Shown piece after piece: positions 1 to 9,152 of a stretch of DNA of 64,000 bases. The position numbers were made by a program, and so were the translations under genes. Below the pieces are notes generated by a model that worked only from the letters and a program-made list of their open reading frames with translations, did not search any database and was not told where the DNA came from. Source of the stretch: a virus (Duplodnaviria; Caudoviricetes); IMG/VR virus record IMGVR_UViG_2897081166_000001, positions 17,293 through 81,292 of that record; one strand, 5' to 3'. Every line of letters begins with the position of its first letter. Position 1 is the stretch's first letter.

Positions 1-322
1 CCGGCTCCTCGTACTCGTCCCAGTCAGTGAAGACCTTCGCGTCCAGGACAGTGACCTCCAGGCCGTCCGGCCAGGCATACGCCTTCCCGAACGGCAGATC
101 CGTGGAAGGCCCGCCATCGCCGCCGGTTCCAGCCCCATCCGCCTCGGAGCAGTGCTCCATCCAGTCCGCCTGATCCAGCGACGTGTCCGAGCAATCCACT
201 TCATGCTCCGGAGCCGACGCTTTCACCGTCGACTTCGGTACGGCCGGCTTGTCGGCGCCCCCGCAGGCCGTGAGCGAGCAGGCGAGCAGAAGAGCTGCCA
301 CGGCAGCAGTGCGGGTACGCAT
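1..322 (-). CDS. Putative lipoprotein (3' end outside window)
   Basis: Translated by hand: MRTRTAAVAALLLACSLTACGG..., lipobox LTAC, G-rich RBS upstream; frame open to window edge. Confidence 0.75.
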   Translation of the reverse strand, partial: MRTRTAAVAALLLACSLTACGGADKPAVPKSTVKASAPEHEVDCSDTSLDQADWMEHCSEADGAGTGGDGGPSTDLPFGKAYAWPDGLEVTVLDAKVFTDWDEYEEP

Positions 323-518
323 CAGATCCCCCAGAGGTGGTTCGGAGGCCCGACCGTAACCACCCGGCCACACCGCAGGGAGCAGCTTGTTCCGGAGGTG
401 ACGGAGTTGTGACCAAACAGCGGGGGAGAGGTGCGGGCAACCTGTCGCATGGTGGGGTGCCGGGCGCCCCAAGTCCGTACACTGAAACCGGCGCGGGGCC
501 AGAACAGCTAGGAGCACC

Positions 519-1064
519 ATGTTCAAGATCCCCGACCGCGTCGCGGACCTCTTCGGTGACGACGCCACCCGAGTCGAGTTCCAGCAGGCACTGCTTGCCG
601 CCGGCCAAATCCAGGGTCACGAGATGAAGTACCTGGAAGACGGGCCCTTCTCCGAAGCCGCCCGCATCACCTACCGACGCCTGAAGGACTTCGACCGGAC
701 CACGCTCCCGGAGGGCCAGCGAGAGCTGGTGGCCGGAGCCAAGGCGCTGTCGCACCGGCTCATCACGTCCGGCTATGCAATCGACAAAGCAGCGAGGGCC
801 GATGAACACGCCGCAGACGACTGGCCGGAGCTCCTCGCCTTCGTTGAGGGGAAGTGTTCAGTGCGAGTAGGGCTCCCAGACCATGACGGCTGGGAGCGCT
901 GCTACACCCACATCATTGGTCGGGCGGAGGCTGCACTAGAGGCGGGCCGCGCGAGCGACGATCGGGACGCCGGGTACGCCGTACTCCGACACTTCGCCTA
1001 CTTCTTCAGCGGAGACGCCGGCTTCGAGCGCCGCTGGTACTTCGAGGTGCCCGAAGCGAGCTGA
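519..1064 (+). CDS. Hypothetical protein (181 aa)
   Basis: AGGAG RBS, globular composition, followed by a hairpin. Confidence 0.75.
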   Translation: MFKIPDRVADLFGDDATRVEFQQALLAAGQIQGHEMKYLEDGPFSEAARITYRRLKDFDRTTLPEGQRELVAGAKALSHRLITSGYAIDKAARADEHAADDWPELLAFVEGKCSVRVGLPDHDGWERCYTHIIGRAEAALEAGRASDDRDAGYAVLRHFAYFFSGDAGFERRWYFEVPEAS

Positions 1065-1075
1065 CCCCCGCGCAC

Positions 1076-1109
1076 CTGCGCCCCGCTCTCATCCGAGGGC
1101 GGGGCGCAG
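1076..1109. terminator. Hairpin between convergent genes
   Basis: ctgcgccccgc ... gcggggcgcag inverted repeat. Confidence 0.65.
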
Positions 1110-1162
1110 TGCTGTGGAGGCGGGGAGACCAGGAGATCCCGTGGCTTCAGTCGGCTTGAGCG

Positions 1163-2044
1163 TCAAGTCTTGGCGTGTTCTTCGCCCGCACCTGCTTCGT
1201 CGCGCAGCTTGACGACTCGTAGGCCAGCAGCTCGGCCGCGCATGCTCTGTCCTGTGTCGTAAGTGAGGAGATGAACGGGGCGGCCGGCGAGCGGCTGGAT
1301 CGCCACGGCTCGGTCGATGATCTCGTCGTCGTTGATCGGTAGCCGTTCATGCCCTGGGGGGTCGAACAGGATCTCGACGGTGACCTTGCCGCGGGGTATG
1401 CCGCCGGAGTCGAGTGGCGCGTAGTCCTCTTCCGCCAGGATGGCGCTGCCGGTGCCTGACGGGAGCAGGCGCTCAAAGACTGCAAGGCTGTACCCGGCAC
1501 GCCAGCGAGTGGTCTTGGACTGCTTGAGCGAGTCCAGCTCGTCGACCACGACCATGGGGACGATGAGATGGATGGGCTCCTCCCGAACGGGAAGTATGCC
1601 GCGAAGGTCCCACTCCTCAAGCCTTACATCGTGCTGGATGTACACAGAGGTGTCCGCCACGACGAAGAGGCCTCGTTGGTTCCAACTGGCTACACGCTCC
1701 TTGAGTGCCTCAAGCGCCGTATCGAAATCGGCAACGCGCTCTTCGAGCTCCAGGTTAACCAGGTCGTTGACGAGCCCTTCTTGGTGGCTGCCTGCCATCC
1801 CACTGCTCGCCCCAGCCAAGAGGGTGTTGTAGCGGCGGGTCAGAACCAGATGATCGATGTCTGAACTGCGGATCTGGTAGCGGAGTTGTCGTGCCGCTGT
1901 TGTAGCCCAGCGCAGGTAGCGGACGAGCCTGTTGTACGCGGAGCCGCTGAACGGGCCTCGGAGGTTGTCGGCCTCGTGCCGCAGGGTGCCGAGGATGGTG
2001 ATCAGGTTGCCGCGGTCAGTGCCGGGCAGTGGTGTCACGAGCAT
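1163..2044 (-). CDS. PIN-domain protein with N-terminal helical extension
   Basis: VVADTSVY, IVPMVVVDELDSLK, NDDEII, LLTYD: acidic PIN active-site pattern. Confidence 0.8.
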   Translation of the reverse strand: MLVTPLPGTDRGNLITILGTLRHEADNLRGPFSGSAYNRLVRYLRWATTAARQLRYQIRSSDIDHLVLTRRYNTLLAGASSGMAGSHQEGLVNDLVNLELEERVADFDTALEALKERVASWNQRGLFVVADTSVYIQHDVRLEEWDLRGILPVREEPIHLIVPMVVVDELDSLKQSKTTRWRAGYSLAVFERLLPSGTGSAILAEEDYAPLDSGGIPRGKVTVEILFDPPGHERLPINDDEIIDRAVAIQPLAGRPVHLLTYDTGQSMRGRAAGLRVVKLRDEAGAGEEHAKT

Positions 2045-2109
2045 GGGCGGATTGTGGCACCCGCAGTGATCTCAGGCACCGCCATTGACGCCAGTGCCCC
2101 TGGACCGAC

Positions 2110-2255
2110 CTCCGAGCCCGTTCATCAATCGGTCGGAACGTGAATCTGAAGCCGATCACGACGCGGGGCCCGTTTAACCAGGAGTCATCGTTCAGGAACC
2201 TGTTCATCTACCTCCCCCGTTCAGATACTCTGAGAACCCGTTAGCTGAACCAAGG
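2110..2255. promoter_or_regulatory. Candidate res site / resolvase promoter
   Basis: AT-richer intergenic DNA with repeated (C)GTT..GAAC half-sites directly upstream of a resolvase. Confidence 0.4.
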
Positions 2256-2264
2256 AGGCGATCT

Positions 2265-2888
2265 ATGGCCCTAGTTGGGCTCGTTCGAGTCAGCACCGAC
2301 AAGCAGAACACCGAACGGCAGCACGATGCCCTCGACCCGATCTGCATCAAGGTCTTCGAGGAAAAGGTCAGCGGCAAGCTCCAGGCCGAGGAGCGACCGG
2401 CCCTGATGGAAGCCATCGACTACATGCGCGACGGCGACATGCTCTGCGTGCAGGAGGTGGACCGCTTCGGCAGGAACCTCCTCGAAGGGCTCATCGTCCT
2501 CAACGACCTCTTCGAGCGCGGTATCCCCGTCAAAGTGCTGGACGGCATCGCCGTCGGAGAGCACAAGGAACGATCCCTCATCCTCGACATCGCCCTCGCC
2601 CTGGCCGAGGACCGCAGGCGCGACATTGCCAGGAAGACCAAGGACGGACTCGCCGCAGCCCGTAAGCGTGGGCGAGTCGGTGGTCGGCGGCCCGTCATGA
2701 CCGAGCCGCTCGTCGTCCAAGCCGTCGCCTTGAGAGACAAGGGGTACAGCCTCAAGCAGATCCAGCCGCACCTCCGGATCGGTGAAGGCAAGAACAAGGG
2801 GAAGAACCCCAGCATCGGAGTGATCTCGCAAGCGCTCCGTGCGCACGACCAGGGCATGACCGCCGCCCCGGCAGGGGGGAGTCAGTGA
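2265..2888 (+). CDS. Serine recombinase (resolvase/invertase family)
   Basis: RVSTDKQ catalytic Ser motif, EEKVSG, DRFGR, GRVGGRRP, C-terminal HTH. Confidence 0.92.
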   Translation: MALVGLVRVSTDKQNTERQHDALDPICIKVFEEKVSGKLQAEERPALMEAIDYMRDGDMLCVQEVDRFGRNLLEGLIVLNDLFERGIPVKVLDGIAVGEHKERSLILDIALALAEDRRRDIARKTKDGLAAARKRGRVGGRRPVMTEPLVVQAVALRDKGYSLKQIQPHLRIGEGKNKGKNPSIGVISQALRAHDQGMTAAPAGGSQ

Positions 2889-3190
2889 CTGTCGAACTGG
2901 GTGCCAGTCGAGTCCACTCGGCTGAGGAACGACAAGTCTCCCTGATCGTGGGACGGAACATTCGTCGACTGCGCAAGGAACGGAAGATGAGCTCGGCAGC
3001 GCTCTCGCGGGAGCTGAGGGGGCGAGGCATCAGGCTTCAGGACTCTCAGATCCGACGGATGGAGACAGGGGCCCTGCACGGGCAGTCAACGCCGGCTGTA
3101 ACCGTTGACCACCTTGTCGCCTTCGCTTGGATACTTGGGGTCTCGACCACGGACCTTCTGACGCCTGTAGATGAGGGCGGGCGCCAGTAG
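2885..3190 (+). CDS. XRE-family HTH protein
   Basis: IRRLRKERKMSSAALSREL..IRRMETG; GTGA overlap with the resolvase. Confidence 0.75.
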   Translation: MTVELGASRVHSAEERQVSLIVGRNIRRLRKERKMSSAALSRELRGRGIRLQDSQIRRMETGALHGQSTPAVTVDHLVAFAWILGVSTTDLLTPVDEGGRQ

Positions 3191-3387
3191 GGCGGCGCGA
3201 GGAGATGATCAACCAATTCCGGTCACACCTCTACCCCTGTGGCTGATTCGGGTGCATCGTTAGTCCCGTGAGACCCCTCCTGCCAGGGCGAGGTTTCCGC
3301 TCTCAGGCCCTGCCCGCGCCCCCCCGTCGCGGGCGGGGCCTGCCGCTCCTCCCGGCTCCCCACGGGAGGCCAAGCGGCTGCCCGCCT

Positions 3388-3555
3388 CTAGGGCTGGGGG
3401 AGTTCTCCGGGCCGGATCGGGACGACCTTCACGTCGGTGGCCCCGGCTGCTTCAAGCTCGGCTTTACGGTGCTCGGCGCTGGGCTTGTCGTAGGCGACGG
3501 TGGAGGCGCGCCCCTTCCCGGTGCTGTCGGTCCCGGTGAGGGCGTAGTTCTGCGT
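3388..3555 (-). pseudogene. Small ORF (TQNYALTGTDSTGKGRASTVAYDKPSAEHRKAELEAAG...) apparently starting at ACG
   Basis: Protein-like codon usage, but ACG where an ATG would be expected. Confidence 0.4.
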
Positions 3556-3649
3556 GGTGGAGGGCTGCGGCCAGGAGGCTGTGGAGTACGAGCCGGCCGC
3601 CTGACCTGCTGTTCGCGCCCTTCCTCGGTCGGTCTGGGGGAGGGCGTTC

Positions 3650-3859
3650 CTATGCCGCTTCGTAGTGGTGTGCCCGGCCGCCGCGCCATTCGACCCAGTC
3701 GGGTTGGTCGAGGAGGTCGTGGGCGTCGGGGAGCCCGGCCCGGCGGAGGAACTCGACGACGTCGCCGTCGGTGTGGGCGAGGCCGACGATCTGCCCTCGG
3801 ATGGTGACTCGCCGGCCGCCGGTGGGGGAGGGGTGGTGGATGACGATGGGCGCGGCCAT
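3650..3859 (-). CDS. Small hypothetical protein (MAAPIVIHHPSPTGGRRV...)
   Basis: C-terminal 69 codons of the tracked ORF; directly downstream of the ligase. Confidence 0.7.
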   Translation of the reverse strand: MAAPIVIHHPSPTGGRRVTIRGQIVGLAHTDGDVVEFLRRAGLPDAHDLLDQPDWVEWRGGRAHHYEAA

Positions 3860-3885
3860 GGTTCCAGGGTGCGCCTGGTCTGGGG

Positions 3886-4755
3886 TTACCGCATGCGGGT
3901 GACGGTGAGGGTGCCGTGCCTGCCGGACCCGGCGAGCACTTCGACGGTCAGGTCCGACTCGATCCGGGTGTACGTCTCCCCGTCGGCCCGGCGTTCTCCG
4001 AGGGTCTCGGCCGCGGTGAGCGCGTCGGCGATTCTGCCGGCGAGTACGGGGTCGAGGCGTGCGGATAGCCGGATGGGGCCGCCTTCGTCGCCTACTGCGA
4101 GTGCGAGCCGGTGGGGTCGGCGCCGGGGGCCGAGGTAGCCGACGACGAGTGCGTCTTCGGTGTCGGCGTGCCTGATCTTCAACCACCCGCGCCGGTTGAT
4201 CGGGTAGGCGGCCGTCCCCTTTTTGGCGACGATTCCTTCGATGCCTTGGTGTTGGAGGCCCTCGTACCAGGCGACAGCGACGGCGCGGTCGTCGGTGGCG
4301 GGTACGGCTTGGATTGGGGGCGGGATGCCGTGGAGCAGGTCTAGGAGCAGTTGCCGCCTCTCCGTGTAGGGGAGTGCGGTGGTCTGTCCTTGCGTGGGGT
4401 GTTCGAGGATGTCCCACACTAGGTAGGAGGCGGGGTGCTGTGCGGCGAGCGCCCTTGCCCGGGTGGTGGTGGACGCGGCCCGTGATTGGGCGGCGGCGAA
4501 GTCGATGCGTCCGTTCTTCCAGATGACGGCTTCCCCGTCGAGGGTGGTCCCGGCTGGTAGCTGCATCCCTGCGACGGCGAGGTCCATCCAGTGGCTGGTG
4601 ACGACCCTGCCCGAGCGCGCGTAAAGGATCACGGTGTCGTCGGTGCGCCTCAGGATCGTCCTGTGCCCGTCGAATTTGGGCTCGTACCACCAGTCCGGCC
4701 CGTGGGGGATTACGGGTACGGCTTGGGCGAGGGCGGGTCGGATGGGGTACTCCAC
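3886..4755 (-). CDS. ATP-dependent DNA ligase (LigC/LigD-like ligase domain only)
   Basis: YEPKFDGHR adenylation motif, LDGE, EGIVAK, WLKIR, C-terminal OB-like region; GTG start inferred. Confidence 0.9.
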   Translation of the reverse strand: MEYPIRPALAQAVPVIPHGPDWWYEPKFDGHRTILRRTDDTVILYARSGRVVTSHWMDLAVAGMQLPAGTTLDGEAVIWKNGRIDFAAAQSRAASTTTRARALAAQHPASYLVWDILEHPTQGQTTALPYTERRQLLLDLLHGIPPPIQAVPATDDRAVAVAWYEGLQHQGIEGIVAKKGTAAYPINRRGWLKIRHADTEDALVVGYLGPRRRPHRLALAVGDEGGPIRLSARLDPVLAGRIADALTAAETLGERRADGETYTRIESDLTVEVLAGSGRHGTLTVTRMR

Positions 4756-4900
4756 GATCCGATCCTGCGCCGGGGTGGTGGGTGGCGCGCGGTGGGCTGC
4801 TCCGGGCGCGGAATCGCCCACCCCGTCCGCGCCTGCCCTGCCACACTGGGTGCGCCCCCGTCGCCTCCCCCGTCGACGGGGGCACCCCGAGGAGGGTGTG

Positions 4901-5068
4901 ATGAGCGAACCGTTGGAAACACAGGGCGGCGTTGACGCTGAATCTCTGCGCATCATGTCTCTCACGTCAGAGGAGGCCTTTGCCGAGGTGATGGCATCGA
5001 AGGAGCCTCCCTGCGCGCTGTGCGAGGAGAGCCACTTCCGGTGCATCGATCACGGAGCGACGTGGTGA
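4901..5068 (+). CDS. Small protein with CxxC...CxxH
   Basis: GGAGG RBS; overlaps the next start. Confidence 0.6.
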   Translation: MSEPLETQGGVDAESLRIMSLTSEEAFAEVMASKEPPCALCEESHFRCIDHGATW

Positions 5069-5277
5069 TCCGCCGCCTGCTGGCCGCCACCCTGCGCCGC
5101 CTCGGTGTCCCGGGCCCGGCTCGCGGCGGGGCGCTCCCGCCGTACCGGCCGCGCCCCGGCGAGATGCTGGCCTGCCTGTCGCCCGGCCGTCAGATCACCG
5201 ACCCCGACGAAGCGGAAGCGCTCGGCATGACCGCTACTGCCCGACGAATGCGTGCGCACCCGAGGAGGACACCGTGA
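5065..5277 (+). CDS. Small hypothetical protein
   Basis: GTGA translational coupling at both ends. Confidence 0.55.
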   Translation: MIRRLLAATLRRLGVPGPARGGALPPYRPRPGEMLACLSPGRQITDPDEAEALGMTATARRMRAHPRRTP

Positions 5278-5426
5278 ACGACTGCGGCATCAGCGAGACG
5301 AACGACCCGCGCGTCCGGGTGCTCTGGGAACGGGAAGCCAAGACCGTGACCCTGCACCTTGTAGTGGAGCCGACACCCGCGCCCCGGATCGCTACGACAC
5401 TGCCGAACTCGCCACGCCGGGGCTGA
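5274..5426 (+). CDS. Small hypothetical protein (50 aa)
   Basis: GGAGGA RBS, GTGA overlap; translated by hand. Confidence 0.45.
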   Translation: MNDCGISETNDPRVRVLWEREAKTVTLHLVVEPTPAPRIATTLPNSPRRG

Positions 5427-5619
5427 TCGAGCCCGGGTTGTCAGTGCCCGGTCGTAGGCTTGTCACATCAACCCCCAGGGCTTCGGCCCGCGAACAAGGG
5501 GATTGCTCACCGCCCCCGCCTGGCTGCTCCCAGGACGGGGGCGGGGCTGCGTCCGGGGGTACCCACGGACCTCAGTGAACACGCAGCTCACGACCATGTT
5601 GTGCAGTTGCGCGACATGG

Positions 5620-5850
5620 TCAGGCGTCCGGCTCCGGGTGCAGCACGATCTTCTTTGCCGCCTGCTCCAGCTTGGCCCGGTCCTGCTTCGGCTCCTGGGC
5701 AGCCTCAGCAGTCACCGCAGCCTGGAACACTGCTGCGGCCTCCATCCACGCCGCCCAGCCCTCCTGCGTGTACACCTCAGCCGTCGCCACCCGCTCAGCC
5801 TCGACAGCAGCACGACACAGATCGATCAGGTTCTCACTCGGATTCGCCAC
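5620..5850 (-). CDS. Small helical hypothetical protein
   Basis: GTG start inferred; Ala/Glu-rich helical sequence. Confidence 0.6.
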   Translation of the reverse strand: MANPSENLIDLCRAAVEAERVATAEVYTQEGWAAWMEAAAVFQAAVTAEAAQEPKQDRAKLEQAAKKIVLHPEPDA

Positions 5851-5902
5851 GGCCGGAAGCCTAAACGGCACCACTGACAACGACCGGTCTGCCATGCTGG
5901 TG

Positions 5903-6085
5903 GCGGCCCGCTCGTCTGCCACCGGGAAACCGTGGCACCCGAGAACCTGTCGGCTCATAGCCGGGCGGGCCGCGTCTGCCGGACCCCCGACCCGCGAGGT
6001 GCCCCACAGGGGGACGTCCACCGAACGGGACAGAGGCCCCGGAGGCGAACGCCTTACGCCCGCCCTCCCCGTGGGGGCGGGCGTT
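5903..6085 (+). ncRNA. Candidate structured ncRNA
   Basis: CATGCT -10-like at 5893, long closing stem, GAAA hairpin, terminal GC hairpin, no credible ORF. Confidence 0.45.
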
Positions 6086-6211
6086 CGTGCGCCGGAAACT
6101 TTGCGGACCTGCGCAAGGTTTTCCTGCTGTTAGGAAAAAGCCAGGTCAGGGCGGTTTTCACGGACCTCCGTAAGAACCTGCCGGATCACTTTCGCAGCAC
6201 CGCGAATGTGA

Positions 6212-6388
6212 TCACGCCGCTTCGGTGACGTCCCCACGCACCGCCGCAGCCCACTCCACCAACAGCTCCTCATACCGGCAGCGGGCCTCCGGCGACACCA
6301 GCCCGCCCGCCGACAGCAGACCCCGGATCTCCTCATTCACCACAGCCAGCGAACGGGCACGCGGCGGCTGGGCAGGAGGAGTTGGCAT
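6212..6388 (-). CDS. Small hypothetical protein (MPTPPAQPPRARSLAVVNEEIRGL...)
   Basis: Translated by hand; divergent from the XRE regulator. Confidence 0.6.
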   Translation of the reverse strand: MPTPPAQPPRARSLAVVNEEIRGLLSAGGLVSPEARCRYEELLVEWAAAVRGDVTEAA

Positions 6389-6486
6389 GCCCGAAGTCTA
6401 CGGGCCAGGTCTGACAACCAGCCCACGAAAAAGACCCTGCCCCATACCCTGACAGTGACGAAGCTGCACAGAGAAGGGGCAAGGCC

Positions 6487-7740
6487 ATGCCAAACGATGC
6501 TACCCCCAACCCACACCCCGACCCCCTGGGATTCGGTCAACGCATGCAGATCCTCCGCACCCGCCGAGGCATGAGCCGGCCCACCGCCGCAGGGCTCCTC
6601 GGCATGTCCCCCTCCTGGGTAAAGCAGCTAGAACGAGGAGAGATCGGCATGCCCAAACTCCCCGTCGTTCTACGCATCGCCGAGCTCCTCCGGGTCCGCG
6701 ACCTGTCCGACCTCACCGGCGACCAGACCGCCCCCGTTGACCTGTTCATTGGCCCCGGCCACCACCGACTCCCCGCCGTCCGGGCCGCGGTCAACACCCT
6801 CACCCTCGGCGCCAGCGGCAGGCAAGCACCGTCGGCGGGCCACCTCGCAGCCCGGCTCGCGAAAGCGTGGGCGGCCCGACACCAAGCCCCGAACCACCGC
6901 GAGGTCATCGGCGAGCTACTGCCCGACCTGATCCGGGACGCCCAACTTGCCGTCCGCCAAGCCGACAGCGCCACCGACCGGCGCGCGGCCCAGGCCGTCC
7001 TCTCAGAGGTGTACTCCCTCTCTCAGTTCTTCATCGCCTACCAGCCCGACAGCGCCCTCTTGTGGCGGGTCGCCGAGCGCGGCATGGTCGCCGCTCAGGA
7101 GTCCGAGGACCCGCATGCCATCGGTGTCGCCGCCTGGCTCGCCGCACAAGCCCATCGGGACACCGGGCCGGCGCACTTTGACGCAGCCGATGACATGACC
7201 CGTGAAGCCCTCGCCTACCTGGAACCGCTCCTCGACGGTGCCGAGGACCGCACCGCCGCGATCACCGGCGCCCTGCAGTTCGAGGCCGGATACACGGCAG
7301 CCCGGCGAGGCGAGAGGGGCACAGCGTGGGGGTGGTGGGACAAAGCCCAGGCCACGGCGGCCCGACTGCCAGCCTCCTACTACCACCCGGTGACCAGCTT
7401 CTCCCGGGCCATCATGGGCGCCCACGCCGTCACCATCGCCGTCGAGCTCCGGGCCGGCGGGGAGTCTGTGCGCCAGGCCGTTGCTGCGGACGCCACCGCG
7501 ATCCCGTCCCGACCGCGGCTTGCGCGGCACCGCATCGAGGAAGCGCGCGCATACCAGCTCGACGGGCAGCAGGAGACCGCCCTTGCCACCCTGGAGCGCG
7601 CCCACCAGGCCGCCCCGGAGACGATCCGGTACAACGGGTACGCCCGCCGCATCGTGCTGGAGGAGACCGAGTCGCGGGTTCCTGCACGCAGGCAGCGAGC
7701 CGCCGTTCTGGCCGAGCAGCTAGGTCTGCTGGCCGCCTGA
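6487..7740 (+). CDS. Large XRE-family transcriptional regulator with helical C-terminal domain
   Basis: N-terminal LRTRRGMSRPTAAGLLGMSPSWVKQLERG HTH. Confidence 0.88.
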   Translation: MPNDATPNPHPDPLGFGQRMQILRTRRGMSRPTAAGLLGMSPSWVKQLERGEIGMPKLPVVLRIAELLRVRDLSDLTGDQTAPVDLFIGPGHHRLPAVRAAVNTLTLGASGRQAPSAGHLAARLAKAWAARHQAPNHREVIGELLPDLIRDAQLAVRQADSATDRRAAQAVLSEVYSLSQFFIAYQPDSALLWRVAERGMVAAQESEDPHAIGVAAWLAAQAHRDTGPAHFDAADDMTREALAYLEPLLDGAEDRTAAITGALQFEAGYTAARRGERGTAWGWWDKAQATAARLPASYYHPVTSFSRAIMGAHAVTIAVELRAGGESVRQAVAADATAIPSRPRLARHRIEEARAYQLDGQQETALATLERAHQAAPETIRYNGYARRIVLEETESRVPARRQRAAVLAEQLGLLAA

Positions 7741-7834
7741 CCGAACTCATAGGCGAGGGGCAGGAATCCTGCCCCTCGTCCGCTGTTCCCGCCCTTACGG
7801 TCGCTACACGAAGCCGATTAAGGAGGGCCGAGCC

Positions 7835-8044
7835 GTGACCACCAGAGCTTTACCACCCATCGCCACCCTGACCGAGGCGCAGCAGCGCGGCTGGGCGTGC
7901 GTCTGGTGCCAGGCCGGGCTCGGTATCGGCCTCGGCGTCGACCTCGGGGAACAGCGGGTCCGGCCGGCCGACGGAGCGGCGTACAGCTGGTTCCCGAGGC
8001 AGTGCCCGGACACGGCTGCCTGTGAGCGGCGGGAGGCGACGTGA
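7835..8044 (+). CDS. Small Cys-containing protein with an in-frame TTA codon
   Basis: AAGGAGG RBS, CVWC..C..C, TTA at codon 6. Confidence 0.7.
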   Translation: MTTRALPPIATLTEAQQRGWACVWCQAGLGIGLGVDLGEQRVRPADGAAYSWFPRQCPDTAACERREAT

Positions 8045-8223
8045 TCTGCGCCCGCTGCGACCAGCCCCTCGGCCAGGCTGCTGCGGTCCGGCTTGACCGG
8101 TCGGACTCCATGTCGGGGGCCCGCCCTGACGAGTGGGCGCATCGGGTCGGGGATCCGGTGTGCCGCCCGTATCCGGCCAAGAGCTCACCGCTCCGGGCTG
8201 CGCTTCGACACCACACCAGGTAA
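8041..8223 (+). CDS. Small CxxC protein
   Basis: GTGA coupling, ICARC. Confidence 0.6.
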   Translation: MICARCDQPLGQAAAVRLDRSDSMSGARPDEWAHRVGDPVCRPYPAKSSPLRAALRHHTR

Positions 8224-8372
8224 GGGATGCCTGCCTTCTGGCCTGGAGTTATACGCGCGGTGACCCTGACGGACGGTTAGGTCATGAGTTGCCGTCAGGC
8301 ACTAGTTTTTCAGTCAAAAGTGAGCAAGGCTCGATAGCGCTGACTGACCCCAGAGTCAGTAGCCGACGCATG

Positions 8373-8990
8373 TCACCGGCTGCGCAACCGAATCAACCAG
8401 CGATCAATGGGGAGGACGAGATCAGCAGTCTCCACCGGAGCGCCGTCCTCACCCAGGCGAGTCCGCACCAGACGAAACGCCAGCATGTCCACCAGCAGGC
8501 CCAGCGCGTGAGCCTGATCGGCGGTCAGCGGCACCGTGCCCACCTCCACCACGTGACTGGTGTGCGGCCTGCGTTGACCACGCCACCACGACGACACGAT
8601 CATCGCCGAATGCCCGCCCGGGTCCAGGCACTCGACTGTCTCGTGATGCAGCATCACACCTGGACGGATGCCGAGCCGGGCGGCGAGCTCCTCGGTCGCT
8701 GGCCGCGGCCGGGTGTCGGTGGTCTCGGTGCTGTACGGCCAGGGCAGGTCGGCGTTCGTGAGGGTGCGCACAGCAGGAGGATGCGCCACCGTGACGTGAC
8801 GCCCCTTCTCTCCGTCGAGAACACCACTCCTGCGGAGCAGGTCGTAGGTGAGGCGCATCGTCTGCTCGTGGACCCGGTACTCGGCGGCCATGGCGCGGCG
8901 GGAGGGCAGCGGCTGGCCGATGGCCCACTCGCCGGCCCGGATGCGGCGGCGAAGGTCGGCGGCGATGCGCCGGTACGCCGCTTCTGGCAT
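8373..8990 (-). CDS. GntR-family regulator (wHTH plus degenerate UTRA-like domain)
   Basis: YRRIAADLRRRIRAGEW..LPSRRAMAAEY. Confidence 0.85.
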   Translation of the reverse strand: MPEAAYRRIAADLRRRIRAGEWAIGQPLPSRRAMAAEYRVHEQTMRLTYDLLRRSGVLDGEKGRHVTVAHPPAVRTLTNADLPWPYSTETTDTRPRPATEELAARLGIRPGVMLHHETVECLDPGGHSAMIVSSWWRGQRRPHTSHVVEVGTVPLTADQAHALGLLVDMLAFRLVRTRLGEDGAPVETADLVLPIDRWLIRLRSR

Positions 8991-9123
8991 CCGAACCTCT
9001 TACGTCGATCAATGATCATCGAGTGAGGTTCGAACCTACGAAGCAGGGCGAGCAGCTGATATATCAGGTGCCCGTAGACGCTTCTGCAGGTGGCGGCTGC
9101 TGGTAGGCGGCGGTGCCCTATAT

Positions 9124-9139
9124 TCGAAAGCGTGTTCGC
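9124..9139. promoter_or_regulatory. LexA (SOS) box-like site
   Basis: TCGAAA-GCGT-GTTCGC versus actinobacterial TCGAAC-N4-GTTCGA (2 mismatches). Confidence 0.5.
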
Positions 9140-9152
9140 TTGGATGCTTGAC

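Noticed and set aside
2265-2888. Resolvase as the invertase of the packaging module
   Set aside because: No inverted recombination sites seen at the module ends, and the gene order is not explained by one inversion
5930-5975. TPP riboswitch
   Set aside because: Only a loose 3'-half resemblance; no UGAGA element and no downstream thiamine gene
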